Below are positions 32,244-43,322 of a DNA stretch of 64,000 bases, in pieces. Numbering within the stretch: position 1 is the first letter of the stretch; the number at the start of each line of letters is the position of its first letter. Origin of the DNA: an uncultured Chthonomonadaceae bacterium (GTDB lineage: Bacteria > Armatimonadota > Chthonomonadetes > Chthonomonadales > Chthonomonadaceae); contig CAWFQB010000010.1 of the NCBI GenBank assembly GCA_963817895.1, forward strand, positions 128,001 to 192,000. Direction: 5' to 3'. The notes under the pieces were generated by a model. That model saw nothing but the letters and a program-made list of their open reading frames with translations. It had not been told where the DNA came from and did no database searches. A program made the translations under genes and the position numbers.

Positions 32244-33847
32244 TCAGGGAGTAGAGGAAGCGCCGTTGTGGAGCAGTCCGAATTGGGACACTTTCCAGCC
32301 TGCCGGACGCTTCACGAGATAGAATCTGGCTGCGGTTTTATACTCCTGTCCATCTGCCAGACCCGCGCTCATCCAGGCGAGAACATTCAATCCGGGCAGC
32401 GTATGATCCAGGTTCCACTCGCCCACATTGAGCGGAACCTCATCCAGCAGGCGCGGCGCGGATTCAAACGCGAAGTCTGTATTGAACACCAGATAGGACC
32501 AGTTGGGCTGACTCTGCATACGCTTCAGCCACACGCGCTGCCATACGTCTTCACGAGTCAGTCCGGCGCGTTTGTCCGGGCGCGTGATCTCCAGGGGATA
32601 ATCCAAATCCACTGTGTTTCGCAGCAGGACGGCATCGTGATGCTTCCACGCCGTGGTGAATGTCCACACAACTCCCTCAATTTCAGCCTTCTCCTGCTTT
32701 GTCATTGTGAGCCATACAGGCTTTATCAGGCGTTCCGGCGGAACAGTTGTCACTTTACCAGGCAGTTTATACGCCAGCGCGATAGGCCGACCGGGGGGCA
32801 AATCCGGCGCGGCTAATTGCGGAAGGGGTTCTGCGGGATAGTCTACAAACATATCCTCGTACAGAAGGCCATCAGGCGAATTACGTAGCTGTTCCAGAGC
32901 GCGTTGCAATCGTCCCTCAGAGTTCGAACCACAGCGTCAGCGCGTCCGGCGCCTCTCTGCTATCGCCGGGGCCATCGGATCGCCTCAAACCTGCCTTCAA
33001 ATCACCGAGGGATACTTTGTACTGGAACGGATTATTGATTGTGTTGTGTCCGAGTTGTACCTGGGCCTGCGCCTGGGCTGTTTTGCCACGCTCTGCAATT
33101 TGCTGACACCAGGGGCCATACCGGTAGGCCGGGTACTGAAGTGGATTGTTTGCCGGCTGCGCCGGGTCGGATGGACTCCAGTCCAGTTGAATGGGTTTGT
33201 TCGAGCGGCCTTCAGCCTCCCATTGCAGCGTCACGCCGCCCGGAGTGCCATACCCGTAACTTAATATGGATTCTGAGGCATTCCCACTATCGTTGCCCGA
33301 CGCTGCCGCCTTTTGTTGCGAAGTATGAGAGTAGTAGTAGCCTTTGCGCCACCATGTGTTGAAAAACCGGGTACCCACCCCCCCCCTTCGCGTCTCGGAA
33401 ATGCCGTATCTCGTTGACATGGATCGAATTCTCATTGCTGTATCGGGACACACTGGACGCGGCGCTCAGCAAGGCTCTCTCCTGTGAGTTGTAGGGGAAG
33501 AATTTGTGGCGTATGGTATTGGCGACACACAGGGTTCCCACGATGCAGACCGCCAGCCGGGGCAACAGCCAGGCGCGTGTCAGACGATGTTTTCTTCCGC
33601 CCCATAAAGAGGATTTGTCTGGCTGCGTGACAAGCCGCTCCTGAAACGCAGGGTACAAATCCGGCAAAGGCATTTGCGGCGCGGCGGCATCCTTTTGCAG
33701 CAGGGAAACGGCGCGTAACAGAGTTTCCTGCTCATTAGCGCAGACAGGGCAGGTATCCAGGTGAGAGCGTACCTGACTACCCACCGCCTCGGAAAGTTCG
33801 CCTTCCAGCAGGGGCGAAAGCAGATTGGAAACATGCTTGCACTTCAT
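32244..33847 (-). CDS. zf-HC2 anti-sigma factor with TM and extracellular domains, probably one gene with two frame breaks
   Basis: CKHVSNLLSPLLEGEL...HLDTCPVC; TM; ORFs 32917-33453 and 32244-32909 continue it out of frame. Confidence 0.7.
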
Positions 33848-34421
33848 TTTTCGTTCTCCCATAGCGGTTTGAGCAAATCTTTCAAAGCGTTTTTGGCGCG
33901 GTGGCGCGCATTTTGGCCTGCCCCACATTGCAGTTCAACACTTCGGCAATCTCCTCGCTGGAAAGCTGCTCGTAATACTTCAATATCAGCGTCATACGCG
34001 CATCATCGGGCAGGCGCTGTAGGGTTTCCTGAACCAGCAGGCTTTCGGCGCGGGGCATGCCCTCGGCAGCAGGCAGTTCGCGCAACGATTCCAGAGAAGC
34101 GGAACCCTGCCTGCGCCGCGCCAGGCGCTTTTGGCGTTCCCCGCACTTGCGAACCAGAATCCGGTACGCCCAGGTGTGGAACGAGGAACCGTGTCGAAAG
34201 TGGCGCAGGCCGTGATAAATGTCAAGAAACGCTTCCTGGGTTACATCCTCGGCTTCCCCATCGTCGTTGAGGAACCGGCGCGCAACGCTCAGAAAACGCC
34301 CCTGATATTTGCGGAACAGCGCGGAAAACGCGCCCTCATCCCCCGCAAGGAATTGCGCAATCAGGGTTTGGTCTTCGCTGTCCGTCGAAACTGCAAACGG
34401 TATTGCCGCCTCATTAGTCAT
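33844..34421 (-). CDS. ECF RNA polymerase sigma factor; frame break near the C-terminus
   Basis: AEDVTQEAFL, SFHTWAYRI, LSSEEIAEVL; HRAKNALK tail in another frame ends with an ATGA overlap to the anti-sigma. Confidence 0.9.
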
Positions 34422-34475
34422 GTAGCGCCTCAAAAGTAGGTTGTCAGTTGTTGAATTTCTGTCTTCTTCATTCTG

Positions 34476-34513
34476 TTAGTGCGCGTGTCGGCATAAAACG
34501 TAACGGGGCAGGA
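34476..34513 (-). promoter_or_regulatory. Putative autoregulatory ECF promoter, copy 1
   Basis: TCCTGC-n3-GTTAC-n18-CACTAA on the minus strand. Confidence 0.55.
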
Positions 34514-34545
34514 AAAATCATTTTGGGTGACGAATACAACGCGCA

Positions 34546-35286
34546 ATGAAAGCATCGGTAAAAAACATACTCGCGCCCGTGTCGCCCGAAGCAATGGCGC
34601 GGGCGGAAGTCAATCATAAGGCGCGGCTGGCGCATACGACTTATGTTGTGGAGCAACTCGAAGGTTTGTACGGCGTTGCCGAATGGCTGCCCCGGCTTGA
34701 TCCGTTGGAAGAACTGGTCGCCTGCATTTTGTCGCAGCATACCTCGGATGTCAACTCGTTTCGAGCGTTTGCGCGTTTGCAAACAAAATATCCCTCCTGG
34801 CGAGCGGTGGAAGAAGCGCCGGTTGCGGAACTGGCGGACACAATTCGTTGCGGGGGATTGGCGGACAGCAAAGCGCCGCGTATTCAGGCCGTGCTGCGGG
34901 CAATCGAGGCCAGACACGGCGCGTTGAACCTGACTTTTCTCAACGCGATGCCGGATAGAGAAGCCCGCGCCTACCTGATGTCCCTGCCCGGCGTTGGCCC
35001 CAAAACAGCGGGCATCGTGCTGTGTTTCGCGATGGGCCGGAATGTCCTGCCCGTAGATACCCATGTTTTTCGCGTTTCGTGGCGATTGGGCTTGATTGAA
35101 AAGAGGATCGGTGAAGCGAAGGCGCACGACGCCCTGCAAGCCCAAATACAGCCCAATATGACGTACCGCTTTCATGTCGCGCTCATCCGGCACGGACGCC
35201 AAATCTGCAAAGCGCTTGCGCCCCGCTGTGCCGAGTGTCCATTGACGGATGTGTGTGAGTTTTATAAGGTGACTGGTGGCTGGTGA
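34546..35286 (+). CDS. nth: Endonuclease III-like HhH-GPD DNA glycosylase with a 4Fe-4S motif
   Basis: ILSQHTSD, LPGVGPKTA, VDTHVFRV, C-x6-C-x2-C-x5-C. Confidence 0.88.
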   Translation: MKASVKNILAPVSPEAMARAEVNHKARLAHTTYVVEQLEGLYGVAEWLPRLDPLEELVACILSQHTSDVNSFRAFARLQTKYPSWRAVEEAPVAELADTIRCGGLADSKAPRIQAVLRAIEARHGALNLTFLNAMPDREARAYLMSLPGVGPKTAGIVLCFAMGRNVLPVDTHVFRVSWRLGLIEKRIGEAKAHDALQAQIQPNMTYRFHVALIRHGRQICKALAPRCAECPLTDVCEFYKVTGGW

Positions 35287-35390
35287 TTGGTGGTTGGTTG
35301 TCCTGTGTGAACATTTTGCATTGTCAGCAGGGTTTAATCAGGAAACCGCCATACTGTTAATTTAGCCCTCAACCACCAATCACCAACCAC
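35268..35390. repeat. Inverted heptamer arrays (TGGTGRY)n / (ACCAAYC)n
   Basis: ggtgactggtggctggtgattggtggttgg ... caaccaccaatcaccaaccac; sisters at 12320-12343 and 50770-50892. Confidence 0.85.
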
Positions 35391-35402
35391 TACGGAGTAT
35401 TT

Positions 35403-37043
35403 ATGCTGCACGACATTATAACAGAGGGCGCGCGGACGCGCCCGCAGGATGTGGCGTTGATTTTTCGGGATCATCCGCAGACGTTTGCGGAACTGGCCGC
35501 AATGGTAAACCGCCTGAGCGCGGGATTGTTGGCGCTTGGCATTAGCCGGGCGATAAAATCAGCCTGCTGCTGCCCAATTGCCCGCCGTTTGTGTGGGCGT
35601 ATTATGCCGCGTCGCAAATTGGCGTGGTTGTCGTCCCCGTCAATCCCCTCCTCAAACCCGCAGAACTGGAATACATCTGGCGGGACGCGGACATTAAACT
35701 TGTAATGACGGCGGGACCGCTGCTGCCATCCGTACAGGCCGCCCGCGCCAACCTTCCCAATCTCCTTCATGTTATCAGTATCACGCCCCGCGAAGAACTC
35801 CCCGACCCCGCGCTTGCCGCCATACCGGGACTGTCTTTTCTGGCAGATGCGCTGGCTACGGGGGAAGAAAAAGGAGAAAAGGAGAAAAGGAGAAGAGGAG
35901 AAGATACGAGATACGAGATACGAGATACGAGAAGGAAAGAATTCATCCCTCATCCCTCATCCCTCATCCCTCGAATGTGCCGTCATCATCTACACCTCCG
36001 GCACAACGGGGCATCCGAAGGGCGCGATGCTGTCGCATCAAAATTTGACGCGCAATGTGGAGCAGGTACAGGCGCGATTGCAATTTCTGCCCCATGACCG
36101 GTTTGTCACCGTGCTGCCGCTGTTTCATGCCTTTGCCGCGACTGTTTGCATGAATATGTGTCTTGCGGCGGGCTGCGCATCTATCCTGTTGGAAAACTTC
36201 GCGCCGGTTCGGACGCTGGAAACCATTGCCCGCCATAAGGCCACTATTTTCCCCGCCGTACCCGCTATTTTCAACGCTATGCTGAATGTGCCTGCCGACC
36301 AATCTCCCGACACATCGAGCCTGCGCGTACTGGTATCAGGTGGCGCTCCCTTACCTGCGCCCACGCTTGCCGCATTGGAAGCGCGATTTGCCGTTCCGGT
36401 TCTGGAAGGGGATGGCCCCACAGAGTGCAGCCCGGTCACGTCCGTCAATCCGCTGGACGGCCCGCGCAAAATCGGCAGCGTCGGCCCCGCGCTTCCCGGC
36501 GTTTCCATCGCCATTTTCGATGAACAGGATCAGCCGTTACCGATAGATACGATTGGCGAAATTGTGGTACGCGGCGACAACGTGATGCTCGGCTACCTGA
36601 ATCAGCCGGAAGCGACGCGCGAAGCCATGAGCGGGGGATGGTATCACACGGGCGATCTTGGCACGATAGACGCGGACGGCTACGTGTTCATCGTGGATCG
36701 CAAAAAAGACATGATTATTACGGCGGGGTTGAACGTGTATCCCCGTGAAGTGGAGGATGTCTTACTGTCGCGCGCCGACGTGGCGGATGTGGCCGTTATC
36801 GGGATGCCGGACGCGCTGCGGGGTGAAGACGTGCTGGCGGTAGTCGTTCTCCGCCCTGATGTCACGCCAATGCCAACCGAGCGCGACCTGATTCGCTTTT
36901 GCCGCGAACGATTGGCAAACTACAAAGTTCCGCGCCAAATTCTGTTCCGCGAAACTCTGCCGCGCGGCGGAACCGGCAAAGTGGTCAAGCGCCTGCTCAA
37001 AAAGGAACTGGAATTGGAAACCAGCCCGGTATCTGTCACGTAA
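35403..37043 (+). CDS. Long-chain fatty acid-CoA ligase (AMP-binding); two frame breaks and an internal repeat insert
   Basis: YTSGTTGHPKG, GPTECSP, YHTGDLG, DRKKDMII, NYKVPR. Confidence 0.88.
35861..35972 (+). repeat. Intragenic composite repeat (AAAAGGAG)n-(GATACGA)x4-(TCATCCC)x4
   Basis: Read directly. Confidence 0.95.
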
Positions 37044-37101
37044 CCTACATGACTGGCATGGCTTGCCACTGATCTACTGTGTTTCATTCTGGAGGGTTCT
37101 T

Positions 37102-37320
37102 ATGAGTGACATACTAACTCAACCTACATTGCAAAATGAAGACGAAGAAGTTGACTCGCGCCAGTTGTTCATTGAAATGCAGTGTCTCAACGACTTGATG
37201 CGCCAGGATCAAGTAGATATTGACCGCCTCAAAATCGAAACCAATGTCTTGAAAGCCGAAACACTGCGCCTTAAAACCGAATCGCGCGCGCTTCTTGTAA
37301 AATTGGGAGCCGTGATATAG
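37102..37320 (+). CDS. Small coiled-coil hypothetical protein
   Basis: GGAGG RBS; IDRLKIETNVLKAETLRLKTE. Confidence 0.55.
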   Translation: MSDILTQPTLQNEDEEVDSRQLFIEMQCLNDLMRQDQVDIDRLKIETNVLKAETLRLKTESRALLVKLGAVI

Positions 37321-37323
37321 ATC

Positions 37324-37615
37324 ATGCTCAAAAGACTTTGTAAGTTTCGGCAAGCAACTCTTTGCAGTAACCCGCGATGTGCAGCAAAACAAGGCCGACA
37401 TTAAGGAAGCGCGCGAGGATATGAAGGAACTGCGGCAGGAGATCAACCAACTGCGGCAGGAATTTACCGCGCTTGCGCGTGTCGTTGAGCGTATGTCCTA
37501 CGAGATGCAACGGCAACATGAAAACGCGGCGCAGGAACACAAAATACAGCAACTGGAAATTGCGCGGTTCGAGCGGCGGCTGTCACCTGGCGTTCCGCCG
37601 GAGGAAACAGAGTAA
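37324..37615 (+). CDS. Small coiled-coil hypothetical protein, frame break near the start
   Basis: MLK/DFVSFGKQLFAVTRDVQQNKADIKE... Confidence 0.5.
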
Positions 37616-37707
37616 CTAAACTGTGGCCTCGTTTGCAATATGAAAACCTTAGCAGAGATTTAACCTCCGCTTAATGCTCGCTTAACATCGGTGGTTTAGA
37701 ATGTAGA

Positions 37708-37810
37708 CGCGCTCACTCTCCGAGCGACGATCACCCTTCTTTTCTCGGGCGCGACAGTATGCCGTCGCGCCTTGAACCGGACGCCCGCAAAGTGTCCGGT
37801 ATTTTTATTT
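37708..37810 (+). ncRNA. Candidate ~100 nt sRNA
   Basis: -10 TAGAAT at 37697-37702; three hairpins, the last followed by a U-tract; no ORF. Confidence 0.4.
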
Positions 37811-37898
37811 GTGGGTGGAAATGGAAGAAATATAAACAACCCCTCTCCTGGCGCGTTGCGCGACTAGGAGAGGGGTTGGGGTGAGGTGAACTGGAATG

Positions 37899-38108
37899 CT
37901 ACTGTTTGCCGCCCCCTGAAATGCCTGGCGGCAGGTGTTCGGTATACTTCGGGTCGTTGGGGTTGCTGGGCTTGACGATAACCGCTTTGCCTTCGCTGCC
38001 GCCATCATTCCCGCTTCCCCGAAACACTTTGATTCCGATGAACGCGACGATGAGAACAGCCACGACTGCCACCGCGATTCCCACTGCCGGATTGACTTTT
38101 TGACTCAT
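37899..38108 (-). CDS. Small single-TM protein downstream of the DUF1559 gene
   Basis: MSQKVNPAVGIAVAVVAVLIVAFIG; flanked by REP-like hairpins at 37838-37878 and 38169-38200. Confidence 0.7.
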   Translation of the reverse strand: MSQKVNPAVGIAVAVVAVLIVAFIGIKVFRGSGNDGGSEGKAVIVKPSNPNDPKYTEHLPPGISGGGKQ

Positions 38109-38237
38109 AAGCCACAACTCTCTTTCGTTGAACCAAGACTGTTGCACACTGTAGCGAAGTGAACTACGTCCCCTTCTCCCAGGCTTTTTGGGAGAAGGGG
38201 TATGTCCACAAGTGGACGCCCGGGTTGAGGGACGGGC

Positions 38238-39014
38238 TTACGGATCGGGAATGCAGGTGTCGGATATATTGAATTTGTAGTGCGCGTCGTTGACATCCAT
38301 CCAGGGGTTCAGATACAGGGAAGGGTCCTTGCAGTTGATGACCGCATCGGGATGCCACAGCACGGACGTACCCTTGGCCCATTTGGCGTGTCCGTCGAAA
38401 AAGGTCAGGTTGGTTCCATCCGTATGCCGCGCGCCGATGCTGCCCGCGCTGGAAGAGTTGTAGGGGATGTTCAAGGCTGTGTTCCCGAACAGGTAGCCGC
38501 GATAGCCGTCCACAAGCGGACCAGGAACCGAGTCCGCGAACATCACGTTCTTAGCGGGATACTGGATGGTCGGCAGGGAGGGCAAAATCATCTGACCACA
38601 AGCGTCCGTGACATAGTACCAGCCGCTGATGGTCTGATTGTAGCCGGAGGATACTGCGCTGCGGGTATTCCAGGTATCTCCGTACTTGGACATGGTGGAG
38701 GAGGGGCAGACGAAAATCTGTGTGTTTTTGATGTACGGCTGAATGGTGGCCGTCCACAGCAGATGGTCGTCGGGAGTGGCGGCCGGCCCGGTGCTGGGGC
38801 AAGCCTGATAGCGCGGCAGCACCATCTCGTCATAATCCTGAAGGTACATGGTGAAAGCGACGCCCAACTGTTTGAAGTTGGACAGGCAACTCGTGGCACG
38901 CGCCTTTTCGCGCGCCTGCGCAAAGACGGGGAACAGAATGGCCGCCAGAATTGCGATGATAGCAATAACTACCAACAACTCGATAAGCGTAAATCCCTTG
39001 CGAACCTGGCTCAT
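38238..39014 (-). CDS. Prepilin-type N-terminal cleavage/methylation protein (DUF1559, H-X9-DG motif)
   Basis: [49 protein letters not shown]. Confidence 0.95.
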   Translation of the reverse strand: MSQVRKGFTLIELLVVIAIIAILAAILFPVFAQAREKARATSCLSNFKQLGVAFTMYLQDYDEMVLPRYQACPSTGPAATPDDHLLWTATIQPYIKNTQIFVCPSSTMSKYGDTWNTRSAVSSGYNQTISGWYYVTDACGQMILPSLPTIQYPAKNVMFADSVPGPLVDGYRGYLFGNTALNIPYNSSSAGSIGARHTDGTNLTFFDGHAKWAKGTSVLWHPDAVINCKDPSLYLNPWMDVNDAHYKFNISDTCIPDP

Positions 39015-39234
39015 GAGAAACCCTCCCATCGAAAATAGAAGAAAACTGCAACAGGAAAAGAGATAGAGAAAAACGAACAGTGACCAAACACAAAAAACGC
39101 CATGTCGCTATCCTGCAAGACGAGGCTTTTCCACAGGGAAGAAGACTCGGAACTCTGCATGGATGCGCAAGGCGTCATTGACTTTTCTGTACCGACACCA
39201 TCGCCGGATACAGAAACAACTGAGATATATGGCT

Positions 39235-39263
39235 AGTATACTTGCCGGTAACTGGTTTGTCAA
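39235..39263 (-). promoter_or_regulatory. sigma70 promoter of the DUF1559 gene with an operator-like palindrome in the spacer
   Basis: TTGACA-17-TATACT on the minus strand; spacer contains GTTACCGGCAAG. Confidence 0.7.
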
Positions 39264-39359
39264 CCCGAAAACAGTGTTTTTAGAAAAAGTTATCACATTT
39301 TTTCTGTAGGCCGAACTAAAACGGCATTTTGCGCGTCGTTTCGCGCCATAATCCTTCTC

Positions 39360-40669
39360 ATGAAATATCTCACGCAAATCCTTGATAAGCGGGTTCTTGA
39401 CCCGGATGGCGTTCTAATCGGGAAAGTGGTGGATACCATTGCCGATCTGGAGGGCAGATTGCCCGCTGTCCGCGCCATTCTGGTGCGGACAGCGCAGGGC
39501 GAAGTGTGCCTGCCTTTTGACGCGCTGGAATTCGACGCCGACCCGCGCGGACCGGAAGGCAGCGGCCACATTCGGGGCGACATTCGCCTGCGCTCGTCGC
39601 TTGCCGGACTGACGCACTGCCTTCCACAGGACGCGGATTTGCGCCTGCGCCGCGACATTCTGGACAAGCAGATCGTGGACGTGCAGGACTACCGCGTGGT
39701 TCGCGTCAACGATGTGCGGCTTGCCGAAGTGGGCAATAGATACTGCGTGGTGGGCGTGGATGCCAGTTTGCGCGCCATGCTGCGCCGCTTCGATCCCTTC
39801 CACAAGCCGGTCGAGGCTCTTGCCCGCTTGTTCCGTCACCCGCTCCGCTCTAATCTTATCGCGTGGGATGATGTCAACGCGCTGGAACCCAATACGGTGG
39901 GCGGACGCATCCGCCTGAAAGTGTCACACGACAAAATAGCCCGCCTGCATCCCGCCGACATTGCCGACATTGTGGAACAACTCAGCCCGCAGCACGCGCA
40001 GGAGGTAATCTCCGCGCTGGATACCGATGTGGCTGCGGAAACAATGGCGGAAATGGAGTCGGAAACGCAGGTGCAGATTATGACGCACCTGCCTGACGAA
40101 ACCGCGACGGACATTCTGGAAGAGATGGAACCCGACGAGGCCGCCGACCTGCTCGATGACCTGCCCGACGCCCGTTCCAACAGCCTGCTTGGACAGATGG
40201 AACCCGAAGAGGCCCAGGATGTTCGGGAACTGATGAGCTACGACGCGGACACGGCGGGCGGGCTAATGACAACGGAACTCGTTGCTCTTCATGCTAATTT
40301 GACCTGCGAACAGACCCTTGCCCGCCTGCGCGAACTGGCCCCCAAAGCCGAAACCATCTATTACGTGTATGTCACAGTGAAGAGGATCGCCTTGTCGGTG
40401 TCCTGTCTCTGCGCGACCTTGTTGTTTCCCCCCCGGCAACCTACATCCGCGACATCATGGTACACAATGTCATTCATGTGTATGTGGACGACCATGCCGA
40501 TCAGGTAGCGCAAATCATCGGGCGCTACAACCTGCTCGCCGTTCCTGTCGTCAGCGAAGACGAGCGCCTGCTCGGTATCATCACCGTTGACGACACTCTC
40601 GAACGTCTCCTGCCCCCCGAACGCCGCCGCCGCCTGCCGATGCCCGCGCTCGAAAAGGATGAAGGATGA
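39360..40669 (+). CDS. MgtE intracellular-domain protein (PRC-barrel, MgtE_N, CBS pair); frame break near 40375
   Basis: ILDKQIVDV, LHPADIADI, DTAGGLMTTE, YNLLAVPVV, GIITVDD. Confidence 0.88.
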
Positions 40670-40955
40670 AGGATGAATAATAGTGTTCTGCTCTCATCCT
40701 TAGTGTGAGTACCCACGCAAAATTGCGAGAGATCGCATTGTAAAAGTGATAATGTTAAATTTTGCAAATAATATATTTTATAAATTCTTGAAACAGCCTC
40801 TGCTTTGCGCATGTTGGCATGATTTATGCAATATAACCCTTAACAGGCGCATTGTTCATGAGAACAAATCCCTGCTGCCCGCTTCCCCGCTGAAGTCGCT
40901 CTCCTGCCCATAGTCGTCTGCTCACCATTCTCTCCTTCTCATCGGAGGCTCTGCT

Positions 40956-42236
40956 ATGTTCCTCTTCCGTCGAACGCATCTCTCCTGGGCAACGCTGGCT
41001 TTTTTTACCCTGCTGCCCGCTCTGCGCGCTGAAGCGCAAACGAATGTTTTCGTGGACTTTACCAATTTTGGAACCCGCTTGAACGAATCGGCGGCGGCGG
41101 CTCAGGCGCGGGACGCCATGAACGCTACTGTATTTGCCGACGCCAACTTCACCAACGCGGAAGTGACTGCCATTCAGAACAGTATTCTGGCCCAAATCCC
41201 GACCATCTACAAAGGTTTCACTGTCAACTTTGTCACGACAGCGCCGGCTATGGGCAATTACGAGCGATTAACCTTCGGCCAAACGACAGCCACCACCCTT
41301 TATGGCCTGGCCGACAAATTGGACTATCGCAATCAAAGCGCGAACGATACCGCCCGCGTCTTCTCGGCCAACTTCAGCGATTTCATTGACAGCAATGATC
41401 GCCCGACCGTGCTTTCTCACATCGCGACCAGCCTGTCTGGAACGGGCGCGCACGAACTTGGGCATGATCTGGGTTTGCAGCATTACGACAACTATGGCGA
41501 CCCACGCATCACCCCTGCCAGCTATAAGGATACGGGCGGCGTCCAGAATACGCACATCATGGCGACGGGCGGCATCAATGATGATGGCAGCCCCAATCTC
41601 TCCGGCATCACCACCGCGCAGCGGGAACAGCCGCGTACCTTCTCGCAGTTGGAAACGGGCAAACTGGAGTTCGGCACGGGCCTGCGCGCCTCCATTCCCA
41701 TGAGCATTACGGAACAGGCCGCCGCGCATGCCACCACTGCCACCGCGCAGGCGCTGACATTTACCAACCTGCCCCTGTCGGGACTGAACGCCGCCAACAT
41801 CATCGGGGGCATCGGCACAGTGGGTGAAACGGACTTCTACTAGTTTACCGGGGCTTTCGGGGCGGAGTTCACCGCCGATACCTTCACCACGTCTCTGACA
41901 ATTGACGGCACAGGCGGGGCAACAGGGCGCGGTTCCAATCTGGATACCCTGCTGACGCTGTACGCGGCGGATGGAACGACGGTTCTGGCAACTAATGATG
42001 ACATAACCTTCATCGGCGATACCATTTTCAACGGCGGCGCGTACAGCCGGGAGTTGTTGATTCTCAACTATATCCTGCCTGCCACCTCGACCTATTACCT
42101 GCGTGTCACAGGCGCCGGCGCCGGCAATTATGAACTGTTTGTCGCCGTGCCTGAACCGGGCAGTATCACCCTGTTCGCAGGCGTAGTGGTCACGTTTAGC
42201 GGCGTATGCCTTCGTCGTCGGACTCGAAACGTGTGA
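40956..42236 (+). CDS. PEP-CTERM zinc metalloprotease-like protein with a PPC domain, interrupted by an in-frame TAG at 41841-41843
   Basis: Signal peptide; HELGHDLGLQH; after the TAG the same frame gives DTLLTLY...NDD and VPEPGS-TM-RRR. Confidence 0.85.
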
Positions 42237-42482
42237 CATTGTTATCTTCCCCGCGCTTGCCAAACGTCCTACTCCCTATTTGAGGAGTGGGGCGTTTTAT
42301 CATCCGGTTCACTGCAAGAATTCATCCTTCATCCTTCATCCCTCACCCTTTGCTTTTCTCCCCTCAACTTGTCTGCTGCTTTCGCCGATAATCCCCTGTC
42401 AGCAGTTCATGCGCGGGGCGTACCCTGCCTTAATGAACCCGATTTGTCTTAAATTAGAAAATATGGCAGGAGAGTTACACGT

Positions 42483-43244
42483 ATGAATTGGGAAGAAGAC
42501 CCGCATGGACACGCCAATGATTTCGATAACCAGCGCGCGCCGTTTGCGCCAATTCCCGCGCCCCTCTCGTTTGCAGGAGGCAGTTGGGAAAATATTGCTG
42601 CGGACAGTATGGAAGATAAATTCGCGCGGCGTTTAGATTATCTGCTGCCGATAGATGGGGAAACCGGCGTCGCCACACATGAAGCGGTGTGTACCTATTT
42701 AGATACGATGATTGAAATGGTGTCCCGGCACGGCCTGCCCCTCTCCGTGTTGAGCATTGCGGTAGACGATTCGCCCGTGCTGCGGTTTTTGGGCATGGAG
42801 GGCGCGGCCCTGGTCGGCAGGGGCGTGGCGCGGTGTCTGCGGCAGGAGACGCGCACCCATGATGTGGTGGGACACGCGGACCCTGAAATCTCGCCCGACG
42901 CTTTCACCTTTATCATCATCTGTCCGCTTCTGCCGGAACATCAGGCGACCAGCCTGGCGGAGCGGCTGCGCGCGGCCATGACCGCCACATTAGGCGAACA
43001 GCAAAGCCCCTGGCTGAATCTCAGCGTGGGTGTCGCGCCCATGTCCCTGGATGTCACCGACTCGAAACTGCTGATTGCGCGGAGCATGGACGCGCTGCGG
43101 CGGGCGCGGCGGGGCGGCGGCTGCAAAGTGTGGCGGCATACGGACACCCTGCGCCGAATTATTGACCAGGCGCATGAACACTTTGACGATGCCGAAATCG
43201 CCGAACAGCACCGGGACAACAATGAAAATGAAGCGGACGCCTGA
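42483..43244 (+). CDS. Degenerate GGDEF-domain protein
   Basis: PLSVLSIAVD, LAERLR, LSVGVA, AL..A..GG; GGDEF motif replaced (SPDAF). Confidence 0.75.
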   Translation: MNWEEDPHGHANDFDNQRAPFAPIPAPLSFAGGSWENIAADSMEDKFARRLDYLLPIDGETGVATHEAVCTYLDTMIEMVSRHGLPLSVLSIAVDDSPVLRFLGMEGAALVGRGVARCLRQETRTHDVVGHADPEISPDAFTFIIICPLLPEHQATSLAERLRAAMTATLGEQQSPWLNLSVGVAPMSLDVTDSKLLIARSMDALRRARRGGGCKVWRHTDTLRRIIDQAHEHFDDAEIAEQHRDNNENEADA

Positions 43245-43322
43245 ACCGCGTTCCAATCGAACCGCTTGAATCACGCTGTTCAATCGGGGCTGCCTGCAAA
43301 CGCAGCCGGGGAGTCATGCGTT

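Noticed and set aside
29929..32612. Template/variable repeat pair of a diversity-generating retroelement
   Set aside because: Mismatches are not confined to adenines on either strand and no reverse transcriptase is in the window
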